Positions 59,031 through 64,000 of a DNA stretch of 64,000 nucleotides are shown here, piece by piece; position 1 is the stretch's first letter; every line of letters starts with the position of its first letter. The notes below the pieces were generated by a model, which made no database searches, was not told the DNA's origin, and saw only the letters and a program-made list of their open reading frames with translations. Source of the stretch: Smithellaceae bacterium (lineage in GTDB: Bacteria; Desulfobacterota; Syntrophia; Syntrophales; Smithellaceae). The position numbers were made by a program, and so were the translations under genes. The stretch lies in the NCBI GenBank assembly GCA_028693285.1, contig JAQUVQ010000004.1:1278-65277 (forward strand), in the 5' to 3' direction.

Positions 59031-60932
59031 ATGCCTGCAGGGCGGGAAGACCATCTTGAAAAATTCAAAAAGCGCTATCCGGAAAAATTCGTCCCCGAAA
59101 AAGACCTTTTCGGACGCATCCGCCGCGGCAATTCCATCTTCATCGGCACGGCCTGCGGCGAACCGCAGAGCCTGCTGAACTCGCTCATTCGCTACGTGGA
59201 AAACACGCCCCACACCATTTACGGGACGCAGATCATTCACATATGGACCCTTGGCGTGGCTCCCTATGCCAACAAAAAGTTCAAGATCAACTTTCGCCAC
59301 AATTCGTTTTTCATCAGCGACAGCTCCCGGCAGCTGGTCAATGAAGGGCTGGCCGACTATACGCCGACGTTCCTTTCGGAAATCCCGTCTCTCTTTCGCC
59401 GCGGAATCATCACCATCGATGTCGCGCTGGTGCAGCTCTCGCCGCCGGACGAAGAAGGGCTGATGAGCCTGGGCGTGAGCGTGGACATCGTCAAATCCGC
59501 CGTGGAACAGGCCCGGCTGGTCATCGCGCAGGTCAACCATCACATGCCGCGCGTTCGCGGCGACGCCATGGTGGACATCCGCGACGTGGATTTCATTCTC
59601 CCCCACGACGAACCCATCCTGGAATACACGCCCGATCCGCCCGGTGAAGAGACCGAAAAAATCGGGACCTATGTCTCGCGCATCGTGCAGGACGGCGACA
59701 CCATTCAGGTGGGATACGGAACCATGCCCAACGCCATTCTGGCCCATCTTTCGGGCAAGCGGGATCTGGGCGTGCATACGGAGCTTCTCACCGACGGCAT
59801 CATCGATCTCATGAAAAAAGGCGTCGTGACCAACGCGAAGAAATCCCTGGACCGCAAAAAAACCGTCGCGTCGTTCTGCATGGGGAGCCGCGACACCTAC
59901 AGATTCCTCAACGACAACCCCGCGTTTGAGTTCAGGCCGATCGACTATACCAACAGCCTCTTTGTCATCGGGCGGCAGGCCAACATGACCGCCATCAACT
60001 CCGCGCTGGAAATTGATCTCACGGGGCAGGCCACCGCGGAATCGATCGGCGGAGTCTTTTACAGCGGCGTCGGCGGACAGGCGGATTTCATGAGGGGCTC
60101 GGCGCTTGCGCCGGGCGGCAAGTCCATTCTGGCCATGCGTTCCACCTCGATAGACATGGCTCATTCCCGCATCGTCCCCTGCCTTTCCGCCGGCGCGTCG
60201 GCCACGCTCATCCGCGGGGACGTGCACTATGTGGTCACCGAATACGGAACGGCCTACCTGCATGGAAAAAACATCCGGGAACGCGCCATGGCTCTCATTT
60301 CCATCGCGCACCCGAGGTTCCGCCCCTGGCTTGTGGAGCAGGCGCGCGAACGGGGCCTCATCTACCGCGACCAGGCGTTTATCCCCGGCACGACGGGCGT
60401 TTATCCCGAGCATCTGGAAACCTACCGCTCCACGCGGACCGGCCTGCCGCTTTTCCTCCGCCCCGTCAAAATCAGCGACGAGGGAATCATCAAGGCCTTT
60501 CTCTACTCGCTTTCGGACAAGAGCATCTACACACGTTTTTTCACCAACATGGTCCACATGCCGCACAACATCCTTCAAAAATACGTGATCATCGATTACT
60601 CGAAAGAAATGCTGATGCTCGCCATCCAGGAGCGGCAGGGCATGGAGGAGATCGTGGGTATGGGCCAGTACATCATCGACACGGACACGCACACGGCCGC
60701 CGCCTCCTTTCTGGTGGGCGACGTCTGGCAGAACCGCGGCATCGGAATCGTGCTCCTCGAATATCTCACCGAAATCGCGAAGCGGGACGGGCTTCTGGGC
60801 TTTTCCGCCACAGTGCTGGCGGAAAACAAAGCCATGCTCCGTCTTTTCGAGCGAATGAATTTTCAGATGGAAAAGCAGTTTTCGTCGGGCGTATATGAGT
60901 TGACCATGGGCTTTTACCCGAGAGAACCCTGA
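59031..60932 (+). CDS. acetyl-CoA hydrolase/transferase-family domain fused to C-terminal GNAT acetyltransferase
   Basis: N-terminal 430 aa resemble acetyl-CoA hydrolase/4-hydroxybutyrate CoA-transferase (GTACGEPQ, GGQADF). C-terminal ~170 aa carry the GNAT motif A, WQNRGIGIVLLEYL. Confidence 0.85.
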   Translation: MPAGREDHLEKFKKRYPEKFVPEKDLFGRIRRGNSIFIGTACGEPQSLLNSLIRYVENTPHTIYGTQIIHIWTLGVAPYANKKFKINFRHNSFFISDSSRQLVNEGLADYTPTFLSEIPSLFRRGIITIDVALVQLSPPDEEGLMSLGVSVDIVKSAVEQARLVIAQVNHHMPRVRGDAMVDIRDVDFILPHDEPILEYTPDPPGEETEKIGTYVSRIVQDGDTIQVGYGTMPNAILAHLSGKRDLGVHTELLTDGIIDLMKKGVVTNAKKSLDRKKTVASFCMGSRDTYRFLNDNPAFEFRPIDYTNSLFVIGRQANMTAINSALEIDLTGQATAESIGGVFYSGVGGQADFMRGSALAPGGKSILAMRSTSIDMAHSRIVPCLSAGASATLIRGDVHYVVTEYGTAYLHGKNIRERAMALISIAHPRFRPWLVEQARERGLIYRDQAFIPGTTGVYPEHLETYRSTRTGLPLFLRPVKISDEGIIKAFLYSLSDKSIYTRFFTNMVHMPHNILQKYVIIDYSKEMLMLAIQERQGMEEIVGMGQYIIDTDTHTAAASFLVGDVWQNRGIGIVLLEYLTEIAKRDGLLGFSATVLAENKAMLRLFERMNFQMEKQFSSGVYELTMGFYPREP

Positions 60933-61048
60933 ACGTTTCGTTTCCCGTTTTTTCACAAAGACACAAGACCCTGAGCGGCAAGACAGTGCGGTCCAAAACT
61001 TTTTGATCCGTCAACCGGCCCAACCAGCATTATCGGAAGGAGGTCCTG

Positions 61049-62146
61049 ATGAAAAAAGTACTGTTCATGATGGTTTTGCTTCTGGTCCTTTTCGCGGGGT
61101 ATTTCCTTTTCTGGCCGGTGCCGATCGAGCCGGTCGCGTGGAATGCGCCGGCTGCGGCCGGATATACCGGACCGCATGCGTTCAACACCGGATTGTCCCG
61201 GCTGAACCTCATCGACCTGGGCGCCGAAGAGGGGCCCGAACACATCGTCCTGGGAAAAGACGGAAAGCTGTATGTCTCCGTGGGCAGCGGAAACGTTCTG
61301 CGCATGAATCCTGACGGAAGCGGACAGGAGGTTTTCATCCGCACCGGCGGGCGCGTACTGGGATTTGATTTCGACAAAGCGGGGAACCTGATTGCCGCGG
61401 ATGCAATCCGGGGACTGCTGTCCGTCAGCCCTCAAGGGGAGATCACCCTGCTGACCCGGTCGGTCAACGGCGACCCGATCCGCTATGCCGACGCGGTGGT
61501 GGTTGCCCGGTCCGGCATGATTTACTTAAGCGATGCTTCGAGGCGCTTTTCACCCGCCGAATGGGGCGGACCGTTTGAAGCCAGTATTCTGGACATCATG
61601 GAAATGTCCTCCACCGGACGCGTCCTCGCCTACGATCCGGCGCAAAAATCCACCCGCGTCGTCGCCAGTGGATTCTGTTTCGCCAATGGTCTGGCCCTCA
61701 GCCGGGACGAGCAAAATCTTTTTGTGAACGAAACGGGAAAATACCGGCTTTGGAAAGTGTCCGTACACGCGCTGGAACTGGACATTGCCCGGCCGGGCGA
61801 TCAGGCTAAAATTGTTTTCGACAATCTTCCCGGCTTTCCCGACAACCTGATGCGCGGACAGGATGGAAAAATCTGGATGGGCTTTGCCAAACCGCGCAAT
61901 CCCGATCTGGACCAAATGGGAAGCAAGCCCTTTCTCCGAAAGATTACCCTGCGTCTGCCGCGTTCCCTGTGGCCGGTTCCCAAAGCTTACGGGCATGTGT
62001 TCGCCTTCACGGAAGACGGCCGGGTCGTGGCCGACCTGCAGGATCCCGGCGGCGCGTATCCGGAAACCACCGGCGTGACGGAAACCGCCGACCGCCTTTA
62101 TATTCAGAGCCTGCATGCCAAAGGGCTCGGCTGGCTGCCCAAATAA
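61049..62146 (+). CDS. strictosidine synthase/SMP-30-like six-bladed beta-propeller protein, membrane-anchored
   Basis: N-terminal anchor MKKVLFMMVLLLVLFAGYFLFWP. Propeller motifs include GPEHIVLGKDGKLY, ANGLALS, and FPDNL. Confidence 0.8.
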   Translation: MKKVLFMMVLLLVLFAGYFLFWPVPIEPVAWNAPAAAGYTGPHAFNTGLSRLNLIDLGAEEGPEHIVLGKDGKLYVSVGSGNVLRMNPDGSGQEVFIRTGGRVLGFDFDKAGNLIAADAIRGLLSVSPQGEITLLTRSVNGDPIRYADAVVVARSGMIYLSDASRRFSPAEWGGPFEASILDIMEMSSTGRVLAYDPAQKSTRVVASGFCFANGLALSRDEQNLFVNETGKYRLWKVSVHALELDIARPGDQAKIVFDNLPGFPDNLMRGQDGKIWMGFAKPRNPDLDQMGSKPFLRKITLRLPRSLWPVPKAYGHVFAFTEDGRVVADLQDPGGAYPETTGVTETADRLYIQSLHAKGLGWLPK

Positions 62147-62184
62147 AGGAGTTTCCGAAAGCAAACCCGCCGAAGCCGGGCGTG

Positions 62185-62877
62185 CTATGGCGTGTTTTTT
62201 CCTTTTTCGGCCAGCTCTTCCAAGAGCGCCCGGTTCACGAGCCGGATCATGGATCCCTTTTCCTCGATCAGCTTTTTGCTTTTCAGGCTGCCCAGGGCGC
62301 GGGAAAGAGATTCCGGTCCGGTGCCGAGCAGGCCGGCCAGCTGCAGCTTGGAAATGTTGAGCGCAATCCGATCCCGGTTTCCCTGCTCACGCGCGAGATC
62401 CAGAAGGTAGGAAGCCAGACGGCCGGGAATTTCCTTGAGCGACAGATTTTCCACCTGGACGGTAAACTCCCGCAGGCGGGCGGACAGGAGGGCCAGGATA
62501 TTCATCGTGAGAGACGGCTGACGGGTAATCAGGCGGATGAATTTCTCCCGGTTGAAAAACAGAAGATGGCAGGGGGTCACCGCGCGGGCGTTGGCGGGAA
62601 AGGATTCCCCGGAAAAAACGGGAACCGCGCCGATGGTGTCTCCCTCCCCGACGATATGAAGGATCTGCTCCTTCCCTTCGGAAGAAAGTTTATAAACATT
62701 GACGATCCCCGCGACCACCAGATAAAAGCCGATTCCTTCATCTCCGTCATGAAAGACCATCTCCCCCTTGCCGCAGCGCCTGGGAACCGCTATGTTTTCA
62801 ATCTCCGCAAGATGCTCATCCGGCAGTCCCCCGAAAAGCTGGCTCTGGGTCAAAACGTTCCGAACTTTGTTCATCAT
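62185..62877 (-). CDS. CRP/FNR family transcriptional regulator (HcpR-like by context)
   Basis: cNMP-binding-like sensor domain plus the C-terminal HTH LQLAGLLGTGPESLSRALGSL. Divergent from hcp. Start at MMNKVRN. Confidence 0.85.
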   Translation of the reverse strand: MMNKVRNVLTQSQLFGGLPDEHLAEIENIAVPRRCGKGEMVFHDGDEGIGFYLVVAGIVNVYKLSSEGKEQILHIVGEGDTIGAVPVFSGESFPANARAVTPCHLLFFNREKFIRLITRQPSLTMNILALLSARLREFTVQVENLSLKEIPGRLASYLLDLAREQGNRDRIALNISKLQLAGLLGTGPESLSRALGSLKSKKLIEEKGSMIRLVNRALLEELAEKGKNTP

Positions 62878-62909
62878 TGGCGTCCTCTCGGCAAAAAATG
62901 TTTTTTTAC

Positions 62910-62923
62910 TTAACATAAATCAA
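62910..62923. promoter_or_regulatory. FNR/CRP-type box candidate
   Basis: TTAAC-ataa-ATCAA (consensus TTGAT-N4-ATCAA; right half perfect, left half 3 of 5), centred about 74 nt upstream of the hcp ATG. Confidence 0.3.
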
Positions 62924-62990
62924 GGATGTCCGGAATGATTTTCAGTATTCTTTCCGGCAAATCGCAACGAATCGTAACAGGAGGTGTCAC

Positions 62991-64000
62991 ATGTTTTGTT
63001 ATCAGTGCCAGGAAACCGTCAAAAATGAAGGATGTACGGTCAAAGGGGTCTGCGGTAAAACCGAGGAAACATCCAATCTTCAGGATCTTTTGATCTATCT
63101 GCTGTGCGGCATGGCCGTCTGTGCCGACAAGGCTAAAGAAAAAGGTCCGCTGGATCCCAAATACGGGCGCTTTATGATGGAGGCGCTTTTTGCCACGATC
63201 ACCAATGCCAACTTCGACAGCGACCGGATCATCGGAATGATTCGGGAGGCGCTTCGGCTTCGCAGCGAACTCAGACAAGCCTGCGGCGCGGCGTTTCCCG
63301 CGGGCCTGCATGACTGTGCCGTGTGGGATTCCGACAACATGGAGGAATTTAAAAAGAAAGCCGCCGCCGTCGGTGTTCTTTCCACGGAAAACGAGGATGT
63401 GCGCTCGCTCCGAATGCTGCTCCTCTTCGGAATCAAGGGAATCGCGGCTTATGCGGAACATGCCGCCGTTCTGGGTTTTGAAGACGGGAAAATTCATGAT
63501 TTCGTCAGGGAAGCGCTGATCTCCATCACCGAAGATTTGAGCGTGGATGAAATGGTGGCCATGGTCCTGCGCGCGGGCGAATGCGCCGTAAGCGCGATGG
63601 CACTCTTGGACAAGGCCAACACCTCGACATACGGCCATCCCGAAATTTCCAAAGTCAACATCGGCGTGCGGGGCAACCCGGGCATTCTGATTTCGGGCCA
63701 TGACCTCAAGGACCTCGACGAGCTGCTGAAACAGACGGAGGGAACCGGCGTGGATGTTTATACACACGGCGAGATGCTGCCGGCCAACAGCTACCCAGCG
63801 TTCAAGAAATACGCCCACTTCGTTGGAAATTACGGAAACGCCTGGTGGAAGCAGAATGAGGAGTTCGAATCCTTCAACGGCCCCATCCTGATGACGACCA
63901 ACTGCATCATTCCGGTCAGGGATTCCTATAAAGACCGAATCTTCACGACGGGCGTCGTGGGCTACCCCGGATTGAAACACATCCCTGACAGATCCAAAGG
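62991..64000 (+). CDS. hcp: hybrid cluster protein / hydroxylamine reductase (N-terminal 336 codons; continues past window end)
   Basis: Absent from the ORF track because there is no stop in the window. AGGAGG lies 6 nt upstream. [36 protein letters not shown] is the Hcp N-terminal cubane-cluster motif. The frame stays open to position 64000. Confidence 0.93.
   Translation, partial: MFCYQCQETVKNEGCTVKGVCGKTEETSNLQDLLIYLLCGMAVCADKAKEKGPLDPKYGRFMMEALFATITNANFDSDRIIGMIREALRLRSELRQACGAAFPAGLHDCAVWDSDNMEEFKKKAAAVGVLSTENEDVRSLRMLLLFGIKGIAAYAEHAAVLGFEDGKIHDFVREALISITEDLSVDEMVAMVLRAGECAVSAMALLDKANTSTYGHPEISKVNIGVRGNPGILISGHDLKDLDELLKQTEGTGVDVYTHGEMLPANSYPAFKKYAHFVGNYGNAWWKQNEEFESFNGPILMTTNCIIPVRDSYKDRIFTTGVVGYPGLKHIPDRSK

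Noticed and set aside
58695-60956. Upstream 750 codons of the 879-aa minus-strand track ORF
   Set aside because: Arg/Gly/Ala/Val-rich translation with no motifs. It is exactly antisense to the well-supported acetyl-CoA hydrolase/GNAT gene (59031..60932). Only the last 125 codons (58317..58694), preceded by an ATG and carrying a cNMP-binding cassette, look real.
62910-63980. 356-aa minus-strand ORF
   Set aside because: Antisense to hcp, whose N-terminal MFCYQCQET...GVCGK motif and SD are unambiguous.

Overview
Gene-dense chromosomal segment with about 62 supportable CDS. I saw no rRNA, tRNA, CRISPR array or IS/transposase. It comes from a moderately GC-rich anaerobe. The gene content (hcp/hcpR, ADP-forming acyl-CoA synthetase-type proteins, two-gene SufCB, CcdA/TlpA relays, selenocysteine use) suggests a Desulfobacterota/Syntrophia-like deltaproteobacterium, but that is inference, not proof. 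Most of the window is housekeeping: radC, acyl-CoA ligase, truA, rfbD, an ABC-F ATPase, sufCB, cca, thiN-thiD-thiC behind a TPP riboswitch, queCED, tatD, rsfS-comF-rfaE2-dksA-priA, fmt, and hcpR-hcp. The accessory-looking part is a 12-gene minus-strand metalloid/thiol-redox island (13.1-20.7 kb). An arsR-arsC-acr3 core is embedded among an exported TlpA-like thioredoxin, CcdA, an exported DsbA-like protein, an exported rhodanese, Trx_3 proteins, two ArsP-type CSC permeases and a CDF transporter. This island also contains a gene the ORF track cannot show: an 82-codon glutaredoxin-like frame whose only interruption is a TGA at the first Cys of the CxxC motif (UPFC), followed by a SECIS-like hairpin. 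I read this as a probable selenoprotein. Other features missing from the track: a 56-aa Lys/Ala-rich histone-H1-like gene antisense to a listed ORF; truncated nitroreductase and hcp genes at the window edges; a TPP riboswitch with terminator; palindromic ArsR- and MarR-type operators; and a REP-like GAAG-rich repeat at two loci. Many long ORFs in the track are antisense shadows of real genes in GC-rich DNA. All calls come from reading the sequence and translations by eye; no database search was run.
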